Translations under genes and position numbers: made by a program
Notes under the pieces: generated by a model
What the model was told of the DNA's origin: nothing
What the model saw: only the letters and a program-made list of their open reading frames with translations
The model's database searches: none
Shown: piece after piece, positions 1-10,500 of the stretch
How positions within the stretch are numbered: position 1 is the stretch's first letter
How the letters are laid out: each line of letters starts with the position of its first letter
Source of the DNA: an uncultured Acidobacteriota bacterium
GTDB taxonomy: Bacteria; Acidobacteriota; Thermoanaerobaculia; Multivoradales; JAHEKO01
DNA: 64,000 nucleotides
Assembly (NCBI GenBank): GCA_963713825.1
Contig: CAVQNG010000003.1
Coordinates: 768,001-832,000, forward strand
Reading direction: 5' to 3'

Positions 1-1210
1 GCTGCGCCCAGAGCTTGCGGGCGACAGCTTCGCCAAGGTCGGCGAAGAAGGGCAGGGCGATCTCTTCGTATTCGTACTCGTCGTCGTTGAGGATGCCGTC
101 GGCGTTGGTGTAGATCGTCGCGGCCAGAAAGAAACCCTGGCCGGTCTCGGTATCCACTACCCATGCGTTCTCGGTGCTGAACCCGTAGGCCTGCCCGGTT
201 TTGTTGTAGATCTGCAAACGCTCTTTGGGGATCACTCTCTCGAGCCCAGGCAGCAGGTCCTTGACATAGGTGTCCGGGTACTCCTCGGGGTCGTAGACCG
301 GATTCGTCGATTCGCGTGGGTACTGCGACATGGCCTCCAGCATCACCTGCCGGTCTGTCTCGTCGAGCTCGAAGCCAGGGCCCCCACAATCGACGTCGGG
401 ACGTACCAGCATACATAGACCTCGCTGCAGATCGACCAGAGGGAAATGATTCTTGGGAGTGAAGTCCATCGGCTGGTCGATCCGCTCGTCGCCGGAAAAG
501 TACCCCTCGCCGACCAGAATCCGCTGCGCCGGCACCGCTGGTGCCAAGGGCTCAGCCGTGCGCTCGGGAAGCGTGTAGGAGAAGTCCTCTCCGAGAAAAT
601 CGATCCTGGGTGACTGGAGGTTTTCCTCGGCTGTGCGGAATTCCGACAGGCGGTGGACGATGCGCGGCGACTCCAGGCCGGCCCGCCGCATCGCTTCGGT
701 CAAACCGTCCTGCCCCACGAGCTCGTAGAGATAGTTGAACGCCTGGTTGTCGGAGACGAGAAAGATCTTGCGAATCTGTTGCCGCACCGTAATCGCGCCG
801 CCCGCGACATTCTCCTCGTCCAGCGACTCCATCTCGCCGTCTTCGAATTGCGGGTGGTATACGAGTGGCGTGTCCAGGTCGATGGGCAACTCGGTCGTTT
901 CCCGCAGCTCAGCCAATTTCTGGGCCGCCGCTACTGCGGCAAACAGCTTCACCGTGCTGGCTGGATAGAAATACTCGGCTCCAGCCCGGAACTCCTGCTG
1001 ACGCAAGATGGGCGTGCCCTCGGGCCCCTCCTCCACCAGGCCCAAGACGACCTGCAGGCGATAGTCGGCAGCATGATCCACAACTTCGGCTGGGTCCTCA
1101 TGGGAAGCGAGTATCGTTGCAAGCGGTTCTTCTTGGTCCATCCCACAACCTCCCAGGACACCACCGAGTCCAACGACTAGAAGAAGCGAGACAACAAGCC
1201 GGCTTTGCAT
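1..1210 (-). CDS. Class A beta-lactamase-related serine hydrolase, lipoprotein (3' end outside window)
   Basis: Hand-translated, not in the ORF track: MQSRLVVSLLLVVGLGGVLGGC lipobox, SxxK motif YPASTVK, and IYNKTGQAYGF (KTG motif). The frame is still open at the window edge. Confidence 0.8.
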   Translation of the reverse strand, partial: MQSRLVVSLLLVVGLGGVLGGCGMDQEEPLATILASHEDPAEVVDHAADYRLQVVLGLVEEGPEGTPILRQQEFRAGAEYFYPASTVKLFAAVAAAQKLAELRETTELPIDLDTPLVYHPQFEDGEMESLDEENVAGGAITVRQQIRKIFLVSDNQAFNYLYELVGQDGLTEAMRRAGLESPRIVHRLSEFRTAEENLQSPRIDFLGEDFSYTLPERTAEPLAPAVPAQRILVGEGYFSGDERIDQPMDFTPKNHFPLVDLQRGLCMLVRPDVDCGGPGFELDETDRQVMLEAMSQYPRESTNPVYDPEEYPDTYVKDLLPGLERVIPKERLQIYNKTGQAYGFSTENAWVVDTETGQGFFLAATIYTNADGILNDDEYEYEEIALPFFADLGEAVARKLWAQ

Positions 1211-1220
1211 CACTTCTCTC

Positions 1221-2600
1221 CTACGGACGGTCGAGATCCAACTCTCGGGTCTGTTGCTCCGTCGCCAGCACGGTGGCCAATGGCTGCCGTTCGTTGATCA
1301 CCGTCGCCCCATCCCCATCCACCAGGACCTCAGCCGGCCGGCCGTGATCGTTGTAGTTGGAGACCATGGACATTCCATAGGCACCGGCCGAGAAGATGGT
1401 CACGAGGTCACCCCGCGCCATCGGCGGGAGCTGTCGATTCCTGGCCAAGAAGTCTCCCGTCTCGCAGATGGGTCCCACGACATCACAGGTTTCGAGACCT
1501 GGCAGCCCGGGATCCTCGAGGAGCCTTGGAGCCTCCCCGGTCCAGGCGACTGGCCAGACAAAATGGAAGGCGCGGTAAAGGGCCGGCCGGATCAGGCTGT
1601 GCATACCGGCGTCACAGATCACAAAGGTCTTGCCCCGCCCTTTCTTGACGTGCTGTACGCGGGTGACCAGGACGCCGGAATTGGCCATGATGCAGCGACC
1701 CGGCTCCATCAAGACCTGCAGGCCCTTCTGGGTGCGCTCAGCAAGCAACGGCACGAGTCGCTCCGCATAGTCCTCCAGCGGTGGTACCTCACCCTCGACA
1801 TAGTTGATCGGCCAACCACCGCCGAGATCCAGCACCTCGATCTTGTGTCCGCGGCGCTCGAGCTCGTCGACCAGTTCGAGCAGCACCTCGACAGCTTCGG
1901 CAAAGGGCTCGACTTTCGGTACTGGAGAGCCGATATGGACGTGCAGCCCCACCAGGTCGACGCCTCTGTCCCGGCCCCAGGCATCGAAGATCTCTGGGAT
2001 CTGGTGGGCGTCGATGCCGAATTTGTTCTCTTCCTTCCCCGTTGTCGTGTACTCGTGCGTGTGGGGGTCGACATCGGGGTTGACTCGCAGACAGACCCGG
2101 GGTCTGACGCCGAGCTCGTTGCCCCAGTAGGCGATGCGCTCGAGCTCCGAAGTGGATTCCGCGTTGAGGATGCCAACCGGGCCCCGGCTCTCGGGCTCAC
2201 GCTCCGGCAGTCCGGAAATGCCCTCCAGTGTGTGAAAGCGCCCATCGAGGGCCGAGCGAATCTCTTCGTCGGTCTTACCAACACCGGCGAAGACCATGCC
2301 AGCTGTTGGCGCTCCGGCAAACCAGGCCCGGTCGAGCTCGCCTCCCGAGACCACGTCCATGCCGGCGCCCAGGTCGTGCATGAGGCGACACAAGTGGAGA
2401 TTGGGGCTGGACTTGACTGCATATTGAAAGCGCACTCCCAGAGGGGAAAAAGCCGCCTCCAGCCGGCGATAGGCGGCTCGGATCGCCGTCGCCGAGTAGA
2501 TATAGGTCGGTGTCCCGACCGAATCGACGATCGCTGGGATGGGCACCCCGTCTGCGTGTAGAACTCCGTTCTGATAAACGAATGCCTCGATGTCTTTCAT
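1221..2600 (-). CDS. lysA: Diaminopimelate decarboxylase
   Basis: YAVKS (PLP lysine), HVHIGS, DLGGG, EPGR, GPICETGD, GAYG. Confidence 0.93.
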   Translation of the reverse strand: MKDIEAFVYQNGVLHADGVPIPAIVDSVGTPTYIYSATAIRAAYRRLEAAFSPLGVRFQYAVKSSPNLHLCRLMHDLGAGMDVVSGGELDRAWFAGAPTAGMVFAGVGKTDEEIRSALDGRFHTLEGISGLPEREPESRGPVGILNAESTSELERIAYWGNELGVRPRVCLRVNPDVDPHTHEYTTTGKEENKFGIDAHQIPEIFDAWGRDRGVDLVGLHVHIGSPVPKVEPFAEAVEVLLELVDELERRGHKIEVLDLGGGWPINYVEGEVPPLEDYAERLVPLLAERTQKGLQVLMEPGRCIMANSGVLVTRVQHVKKGRGKTFVICDAGMHSLIRPALYRAFHFVWPVAWTGEAPRLLEDPGLPGLETCDVVGPICETGDFLARNRQLPPMARGDLVTIFSAGAYGMSMVSNYNDHGRPAEVLVDGDGATVINERQPLATVLATEQQTRELDLDRP

Positions 2601-2640
2601 GGGATAACCCTACCTCGTGTGCTTGTTGGTCAGTCGCCGG

Positions 2641-4089
2641 TCAGCGCGCTACCGGATACAGATACTCATACCGTCGTCGGATCCGTTCGACGCCGCCCGC
2701 GTCATTCATTTCGAAGACCACCAGCTCGCCGTCCGACATCTTGAAGGTGTTGCCCCCGGCAGGCTCGAGTCGTGTCAGGCCCTCGGTCGCATCATCTTCC
2801 GGCGGATAGTTGTGCGAGTAAAGTGCCAGTCCGTCGTCGAGGATCATGACCTGGTACTCCCAGCCCCACGGATCGGTGTAGACACCCAGGTACCCCTGCC
2901 AGGCGGGATCGACGCGTCTCTCAGCTGGAGCTACTGCTGTGCTCTCGGTAATGGCGTCTCCAACCAGGTCGAGCGCCTGGTAGCTGAACAGATAGGGGCT
3001 TGCATCGTCGGCGTTGACCATGGCGATGATGGCGAGATTCTCATCCGGCGCCAGAAGGAAGTGGGTCCTGTTGCCGCCGATCCACCCTCCGTGGGAGACG
3101 AGAGTCTTCTCGTTTCGCCGGGAGATTCCGAATCCCAGGCCGCGCCCTCCCGTCCAACTGGAGTAGACCCAGTGCGAACGCTGCATCTCATGCAGGGTGC
3201 TGGGCTTGACAACTTCGCTGTCACCGGACTCTGGGGCCGCGCTCAGATGCAGCGTTGCGAAACGAGTCATATCATCTACAGACGAGACAATGTTGGCGGC
3301 CGGCGCCATTGCATTGGTCTCGTAGTACTCCATCTCTCGTCGGCTGCCATCGGCCTGCCGCCGCATGTAGGCCGTCGCCATCCTCTGGCGGTCCTCGTCA
3401 GCGGGAATGACGACGGACTGATTCATCCCCAGGGGCTCGAAGATGTGCTGCTGGATGTACTCCGCATAGCTCTGCCCGGAAGCAGCAACCACGACCTCTC
3501 CCAATAGGGCCATCCCCAGGTTCGAGTACTTATAGGTCTTGTCTGGAGGGTAGATCGCGGATTGCGTGCGAACGGCGGCGATCAACTCTTCGGTCGAAGG
3601 AAACTCGTGCGTCGTCCAGTAGGGAAAAGCAGCCTCCCGCGGCAGGCCCGCCGTGTGGGTCAGCAGGTGCCGCAGAGTGATCTCGGGCGCACCTTCGAAA
3701 GTGCTTCGCAGCTCGAATCCGGGAAGGTGACGAGTCACCGGGTCATCGAGTCGCAGCTTGCCCTGGTCGCGCAGTTGCAGGATCGCCGTGGCGGTGAAGA
3801 GCTTGGTGACCGAGCCGAGCCGAAAGAGCGTCGCCGGAGTCACGGGGTCTTGTGACTCCAGATCTTCGACGCCATAGCCCTTCGACCAGATCACCTCCTG
3901 GTCATGGACGATGCCGATGGCCAGGCCCGGGATCTGTTGGTAGGCCATCTGCTCCTGGATCCAGAGATCCAACAGGCTCACGGCGTCCCGAACCTGTCGG
4001 TGCTCTTCCAGAAAGTCGGCAGCTCGAGCAATCGCCGGCAGCACCAGAAGCAGAAGCGTCAGAAGGACGGGGGATCTTGCTCTCAACAC
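2641..4089 (-). CDS. Secreted serine hydrolase, beta-lactamase (class C-like) family
   Basis: Signal peptide, GSVTK (SxxK), LLTHTAG, YSN, HGG. Confidence 0.88.
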   Translation of the reverse strand: MLRARSPVLLTLLLLVLPAIARAADFLEEHRQVRDAVSLLDLWIQEQMAYQQIPGLAIGIVHDQEVIWSKGYGVEDLESQDPVTPATLFRLGSVTKLFTATAILQLRDQGKLRLDDPVTRHLPGFELRSTFEGAPEITLRHLLTHTAGLPREAAFPYWTTHEFPSTEELIAAVRTQSAIYPPDKTYKYSNLGMALLGEVVVAASGQSYAEYIQQHIFEPLGMNQSVVIPADEDRQRMATAYMRRQADGSRREMEYYETNAMAPAANIVSSVDDMTRFATLHLSAAPESGDSEVVKPSTLHEMQRSHWVYSSWTGGRGLGFGISRRNEKTLVSHGGWIGGNRTHFLLAPDENLAIIAMVNADDASPYLFSYQALDLVGDAITESTAVAPAERRVDPAWQGYLGVYTDPWGWEYQVMILDDGLALYSHNYPPEDDATEGLTRLEPAGGNTFKMSDGELVVFEMNDAGGVERIRRRYEYLYPVAR

Positions 4090-4132
4090 AAATGCCGCTC
4101 CTTTCTACGCACTGTCTCGGGCGACCCGGGAC

Positions 4133-5782
4133 TCAATGGCCGCCAACCCATCCGGGGCCCTTGACGAACCGGCCCGGCATGGCCCCGGTGTGTTCACCTT
4201 CCTTCAAAACCTGCTCGCCGTTGACGAAGACATGGATGACACCGGTCGCCAACTGGTGGGGCTCCTCGAAGGTCGCTCGGTCGATCACCGCTGCGGGGTC
4301 GAATACGACCACGTCGGCGAAGGCGTCCGGCGCCAGCTTGCCGCGGCCTTCCAGCTTCAGGTTGCTCGCTGGCAAACCTGTCAGGCGATGGATCGCCTCT
4401 TCGAGCGAGATGACCCCCTCCTCGCGTACGTACTTGCCGAGCAGTCGGGCAAACGAGCCGTAGGCCCGTGGGTGGGGTTGGGAGTTGGTGAAAGGCGGCT
4501 CGGGTGCCAGCGAGGCGGAGTCGGAGCAGAAGCTGACCCATGGCAGCGCGATTTTTCGGCGAATGTTGTCCTCGTTCATCGTGAACCGCACGGTGCCGAT
4601 TCGACTGTCGTCCTCGATGACCAGATCCATCGTCGTGACGACGGGAGAGGTACCCCGCATCGCGGCCACTTCGGCCAGGGTCTTGCCCGTCAGATGGCGC
4701 AGGTCTTCATTGCGAAAGCTCACCAGAAGAATGTCCTCCGGGGGAATCATCTCGGTCTCGGCGATGACACGCTCGCGAACGGCAGGATCTTTGAGGCGCG
4801 CGGTGCGTTCCTCGTGATCGCCCTCCTTCACCCAGGCTGGTAGGTCGTAATTCAGGCCCGTCGAGCTTGCATGGTAGGTGTAGATGTCAGCGGTGACGGC
4901 AAGCCCTTCCTGCCGTGCCGCCTCGATCAGTGCCACAACGTCGTCGAGCTTGTCCCAGTTGCGCTTGTGCGACACCTTCAGGTGGTAGATCTCGCCGCGG
5001 ACGCCAGCCTCCCGGACGATCGTCACGAACTCCTCGAGGGCTGCGAAGATCTCGTCGCCCTCGTTGCGGATATGGGAGATGTACATGCCGTCGTGCTCGG
5101 CCGCCACCCGGGCCAAGGCGATCAACTCCTCCGTCGAAGCGAACGGCGCCGGAATATAGGGCAGCGAGGAGCCCACTCCCACAGCGCCCTCCTCCATGGC
5201 TTCCCGTACGAGTTGCAGCATCGCGTCGAGTTCCTCAGGCGTCGGATCCCGATCCTCGTATCCCATCTCGTGGATCCGCACCGTCGCAGCACCCACGAAT
5301 GACGCAACGTTGGTGGAGATGCCACGAGCCTCCAGGTGCTGCAGATACTCGCCCAGCGTCGTCCAGTCGACGTCGAACTCGATGTCGCTTTGGCGCTCGA
5401 CCATCTCCTGCTTCATGGTCTCGTTGAGCGGCCCCATCGAGTTTCCCTCACCCATGACCTCCAGCGTCACCCCTTGGCGGATGTCGCTCATGGAGCGCCC
5501 ATCCTGGATCAGCGATTCATTGGCCCAGCTCAGCATATTGATGAAGCCGGGCGCGACGGCCAGCCCGCTGGCGTCGATCTCGGCTCGGCCGGCGTGACCC
5601 TTCAAGTCACCGACCGCCACGATACGGTCGCCATCAATGGCCAGATCGCCCACGACGGGCGGCCCTCCGCTGCCGTCATAGAGGGTGCCCCCGCGGATGA
5701 CGACGTCGACTTCCTTCTTGCCACAGGCGCTGATCAGAAGAAGCGCTGACGGAATCACCAGCGCCAGAACGAGACTCTTCAT
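4133..5782 (-). CDS. N-acyl-D-amino-acid deacylase family amidohydrolase, lipoprotein
   Basis: Start moved to MKSLVLAL, lipobox ISAC, APGFI, SHIR, HPRAYGSF, ADVVVFDP. Confidence 0.85.
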   Translation of the reverse strand: MKSLVLALVIPSALLLISACGKKEVDVVIRGGTLYDGSGGPPVVGDLAIDGDRIVAVGDLKGHAGRAEIDASGLAVAPGFINMLSWANESLIQDGRSMSDIRQGVTLEVMGEGNSMGPLNETMKQEMVERQSDIEFDVDWTTLGEYLQHLEARGISTNVASFVGAATVRIHEMGYEDRDPTPEELDAMLQLVREAMEEGAVGVGSSLPYIPAPFASTEELIALARVAAEHDGMYISHIRNEGDEIFAALEEFVTIVREAGVRGEIYHLKVSHKRNWDKLDDVVALIEAARQEGLAVTADIYTYHASSTGLNYDLPAWVKEGDHEERTARLKDPAVRERVIAETEMIPPEDILLVSFRNEDLRHLTGKTLAEVAAMRGTSPVVTTMDLVIEDDSRIGTVRFTMNEDNIRRKIALPWVSFCSDSASLAPEPPFTNSQPHPRAYGSFARLLGKYVREEGVISLEEAIHRLTGLPASNLKLEGRGKLAPDAFADVVVFDPAAVIDRATFEEPHQLATGVIHVFVNGEQVLKEGEHTGAMPGRFVKGPGWVGGH

Positions 5783-5887
5783 GGTTGGTCCCCCCTCGCT
5801 CGAGAAAGCATAGACTACCAGCCGGGAGGCGCTTCGCGACACCGCCATGCCGCGCAATTCGCACCGTTTTAGATTCCGGAGATTTCC

Positions 5888-7543
5888 TTGGTGATCAGGC
5901 TTTCTACTCTGTTTTTCGCCGCACTGCTGTCTTTCGCAGCGCACGGTTTCACCCCTCAGGAGCTGTGGCAAGACTGGCCGGAGGAACGCTTCGAGACGGC
6001 CGTCGCGCCCTGCCTGCGCCACGCCCAGTTGATGCAGAGCTTGCAAGCTCTGCAGTCCCGGTTTCCGGACAGCCTGCAAATCGAGACAGTCGGAGAGTCC
6101 TTCCTGGGACGCTCCATCCGCATGGTCACCCTGGGGCGGGGAGAGAGGAAGATCCTGCTCTGGTCGCAGATGCACGGCGACGAGCCCTCGGCCACCCCGG
6201 CCCTACTCGACATCGCCCACTATCTTCTCGAGCATCGGCAAGAGCCGGCCTCTCAATCGATCCTCGACAGCTTCACCCTGCTGATGATCCCGATGCTCAA
6301 CCCTGACGGCGCCGAGATCTACCAAAGACGCAATGCTCAGGCGATCGACATCAACCGTGACGCGCTGAATCTGGTCACTCCCGAGGGGAGAATTCTCAAG
6401 CGGGTGCGAGATGAGCACGAGCCCATGCTGGGCTTCAACCTGCACGACCAGAACCGCCGCACTGCCGTCGGTGACACGGGCCTCCTGGCGACCAATGCGG
6501 TCCTGGCTGTGGCCGGTGATCCGGAGAACACGCTGACACCCGGCCGGCTCCGGGCCAAACGTGCCTGCGCGGCAATCGTCGAGGCTCTGGCCCCTTTCAT
6601 GCCTGGCGGGATGGCGCGCTACGACGAAGATTGGAGCCCGCGGGCCTTCGGCGACAACCTGACCGCCTGGGGAACGCCAGTGGTGCTGATCGAGAGTGGC
6701 GGTATACCGTCCGGGCATGATTTCACGGTGCTGACACGTCTCAATTTCGTGGCCATTCTCACCGCTCTCGAAGGTCTGGCCCGAGACGATCTTGCCGGCT
6801 ACGACCCGCGTGTTTACGAGGACCTCCTACGCAACCAATCCAACTCGTGGTCCGACGTCGTCGTTCGCGACGCCTACGTCCTGCAACCTGGCACCACTCG
6901 GGCCTACCGGGCCGATCTCGCTTTCGATCGCCTCCGCAGCGACCGTCAGGATGTCGGCTGCTCCCAAGGTGCCACTGTGCGCTCGCGGATCTCCGAGATC
7001 GGAGATGCTCGCTTCCTGGGGGCAGGAGAGAGCCTGGAGGCCAATGACAGCCTGTTGCTGGCTCCGTTCGAAGTCGGCGTCGAGGGGTGGTCAGCCCGCA
7101 AGTGGCTCGATGAAGCCCGTCTCGCCCGCCTCGCCGACCTTGGGGTCGGAACTCTCTACTGGTCGGTCAACCAGCGTCGCAGCGCGGCGGCGCGTAACCT
7201 CGCCAACCAGTCGAGGGCCAGCGGCCTGCCCAGCATCGAGGTTGTAACAGCACCTTCCCCCTTGCCAACGCTGGTCCTCTCGGGACCGCCAGGAGAAGCG
7301 GCATCGGCATCACTCGCCGCCGTCCTCGAGGCACTGGGAGCCGAAGGATGGAACACCTTGGAACAGCTACAGGCTCTCTGGGTACAGCGGCCCGGTACCG
7401 AGCCCAACCCTCCCCGTCTGCGGCAGGGACTGGCGGCCTCGTTTCTCCTCCTTTCGCCCGCACCCGAGGGTCGCGTCGATTTCACCAAAGCCCGCCTGAC
7501 CGCCGTCTGGCTCGATGGCCACAAGATCGAAGGGACGCCGTGA
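5888..7543 (+). CDS. Secreted M14 zinc carboxypeptidase
   Basis: Signal peptide, QMHGDE (HxxE), NPDG, RRNAQAIDINRD, NLHDQ. Confidence 0.85.
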   Translation: MVIRLSTLFFAALLSFAAHGFTPQELWQDWPEERFETAVAPCLRHAQLMQSLQALQSRFPDSLQIETVGESFLGRSIRMVTLGRGERKILLWSQMHGDEPSATPALLDIAHYLLEHRQEPASQSILDSFTLLMIPMLNPDGAEIYQRRNAQAIDINRDALNLVTPEGRILKRVRDEHEPMLGFNLHDQNRRTAVGDTGLLATNAVLAVAGDPENTLTPGRLRAKRACAAIVEALAPFMPGGMARYDEDWSPRAFGDNLTAWGTPVVLIESGGIPSGHDFTVLTRLNFVAILTALEGLARDDLAGYDPRVYEDLLRNQSNSWSDVVVRDAYVLQPGTTRAYRADLAFDRLRSDRQDVGCSQGATVRSRISEIGDARFLGAGESLEANDSLLLAPFEVGVEGWSARKWLDEARLARLADLGVGTLYWSVNQRRSAAARNLANQSRASGLPSIEVVTAPSPLPTLVLSGPPGEAASASLAAVLEALGAEGWNTLEQLQALWVQRPGTEPNPPRLRQGLAASFLLLSPAPEGRVDFTKARLTAVWLDGHKIEGTP

Positions 7544-10500
7544 TGCGCCGATTCCTCCGCACGACCTGCCTACTCTCGACTCTGCTTGCGGTAGCTCTAG
7601 CGCTGCCTGTCGTCGAGACCGCAGCTGTTCCCGTCTCCGACACCAATACCCAGACGCTCTCACCCCTGCCCCTTTCGAAGTCGGCCCGCAAATGGGTCAA
7701 TTCCACACTTGGGGATTTGAGCCTGGAAGAGAAAGCGGCTCAGTTGGTCATGGTCCGAGCCCATGGCCTCTACCAGAACCCTGCCTCGGAGTCGTCTCGG
7801 GAACTGGTGTCCGAGGTGCGAGATCTCGGTGTTGGTGGCCTGGTTGTCTTCCGCTCGGAGCTGGAGAGCATTCCCCGTCTGCTCAACGAGCTCCAAGCCG
7901 CGGCCACGGTTCCTCTGCTGGTGTCGGCCGACGTCGAAAGGGGCATGGCATTTCGCGTTCCCGAAGGCACCGTTCCCCTGCCGTGGGCCATGGCTGTCGG
8001 GGCGAGCCGCTCGGAGGCTGCGGCGCGCTTCACCGGCGAAGTAACCGCCCGAGAGGGACGTGCCCTGGGAATTCACTGGGCTCTCGCCCCTGTGGCCGAC
8101 GTCAACAACAACCCTGCCAATCCGGTCATCAACATCCGCTCCTACGGTGAAGACCCGGAGCTCGTGTCGCGAATGGTGCGGTCCTACATCGAGGGCGCGC
8201 GACAGGGCGGCATGTTGACAACCGCGAAGCACTTTCCTGGCCATGGGGACACCTCGACGGATAGTCACCACGAACGTCCCGTGGTCGGCGTCGACCGCGA
8301 GCGCCTGGAAGCTGTCGAGTTGCTTCCCTTCCGTGCGGCGGTTGCGGCGGGCGTCGACTCGATCATGACCGCCCATGTGGCGTTGCCTGCCATCGATGCC
8401 TCGGGCGCGCCAGCAACGCTGTCACCAGCCATTTCGCACGCCTTGCTACGTGACGAGCTTGGCTTCACCGGGCTTGTCGTCACCGATGCTCTGGAGATGG
8501 CCGGCATCCGGCCGGCTTGGGCCGGCGAGGCTGCCGTGCGCTCCGTTCTGGCTGGGGCAGATGTCGTTCTCCTGCCTTCCGACGTCCGGGTCGCCATCCA
8601 ATCCCTGGTTCGAGCCATTGAAGAAGGACAACTGACCGAAGAGCGCCTCGACGCTTCGGTGCGACGAATTCTCGAGACGAAAGCGCGACTGGGCCTACAC
8701 AAGAACCGCCTGGTGAACCGAGAGGCACTCGGACAAAGCGTGGCTCGCCCGCAAGATCTGGAGCGCGCCCTCGAGGTAGCCAAAGCCTCCGTCACGGTAG
8801 TTCGCAACGAGAGCGACATCCTGCCTCTCCTGGCCGAGAAGCCCTTGCGGATCCTCCATGTCGTCATCTCCACCGGTCTGCGCGATCGGGCCATCCAGGG
8901 GCTACCCGAAGCCGAGCTCAGGACCCGCGGTATCGAGACCAGGACCTTCACTCTGGGGCGCGAAGTCTCGCCCGAAACGATGGACAGGATCCTCGAGGCG
9001 GCTCCCGACTACACCCACGTGCTGGTTTCCTCCTTCATCTGGGTGCGGTCTTCGGACGACCTGTCTCCCAGCCAGGCCCGTTTGATCCATCGTCTCGGAG
9101 AGACCGGGACGCCGGTCATCGTTCTATCCTTCGGCAGCCCCTACTTCCTCGCCGAAATCCCCGAGGTCCCGGTCTTCGTCACCACGTATGGCTCGGCGGC
9201 TTCGAGTCAGAGGGCGGCGATCGCGGCCCTCTTCGGAGAGTTCGCTGTCCGCGGCAAGCTGCCGGTGACCTTGCCGGACCTCTACCCCTACGGCCACGGC
9301 GTCGAGTTGGCCCAACGCGCGATGACGCTGCCGCAGGCGGTGCCGGATGAAGTTGGCTTTCGACCCGGCGGCTTCGAAGAAGTGGATCGGGTTCTCCAGG
9401 CGTTCCTCGACCAGAAGGCGTTTCCGGGCGGAGTCCTCGCTGTCGGCTACCAGGGAACCCTGGCCTATCTCCAGCCCTTCGGCCGGCTTTCCTACGACGA
9501 CGAAGCGCCGGAGGTCACGGTCGACACCATCTACGACCTTGCCAGCCTGACCAAGGTGGTCGCTACCACGATCATGGCCATGATCCTGGTGGACGAAGGG
9601 GCTTTGGAGCTAGACAAACCGGTCGTGGACTACCTGCCTCTGTTCTTGGGTTCTGGCAAGGAAGACGTCACCGTCCGCCAGTTGCTGACCCACTCCTCGG
9701 GTCTCGTGGCCTACGGAGATCTGTACAACGAGGTGAGCGGTAAGAAGGCCTATCTGGAGCGGATCCAGGGCATGGAACTGGACTACGAGCCGGGTTCCAA
9801 GTCGGTCTACAGCGACTACGGGATGATCCTCCTGGGTGAAATCCTGGAGCGGGTGGCAGGACGGCCCATGGATGTCTTCCTCGAAGAGAGGGTCTACGGG
9901 CCCCTGGGGATGACCGACACCGGTTTCCTACCCGGTGACGACCTGCTCGAACGCATCGCGCCGACAGAGGACGACCCTTGGCGCGGCTACATGGTGCGCG
10001 GAGAGGTGCACGACGAGAACGCCCACGCCTTGGGTGGCATCGCACCACATGCGGGCCTTTTCAGCACGGCCACAGACCTGGCCCGGTACCTCCAGATGAT
10101 CTTGAACGGCGGGGTCTTCGAGCACAAGAGGATCGTCTCGCGCAGGATCGTCGAGGAGTGGACGCAGAGGGCCGAAGTTCCCGACTCGGACCGCGCCATT
10201 GGATGGGACACCAAATCAGCGGAGAACTCCTCTGCTGGGAACCTCTTCTCGCCCAACTCGTTTGGGCATCTCGGCTATACCGGCACCTCGATGTGGGTCG
10301 ACCCCGAGCGCGAGCTTTTTGTCATCCTGCTGACCAATCGGGTGCACCCGACCCGCGAGAACAACCTCATCCGACAGGTCAGACCTGCGGTAGCCGACGC
10401 CGTCGTCAAGGCTCTGGAGGAGCCTGTCGTTGAGGTCGGCCTCGAGCGAGTCGAGGCGGGTGAGCTCGACTCCCTGAAAGGCAAACGTCTCGGCCTCGTC

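Noticed and set aside
1254-3507. Long antisense ORFs (for example 1254-2561 and 2617-3507, and similar ones elsewhere)
   Set aside because: Shadow frames of well-supported genes in high-GC DNA, with no recognisable motifs.
1-4089. Beta-lactam resistance genes
   Set aside because: SxxK hydrolases in a murein-catabolism context are more likely amidases or peptidases; the sequence alone does not support resistance.
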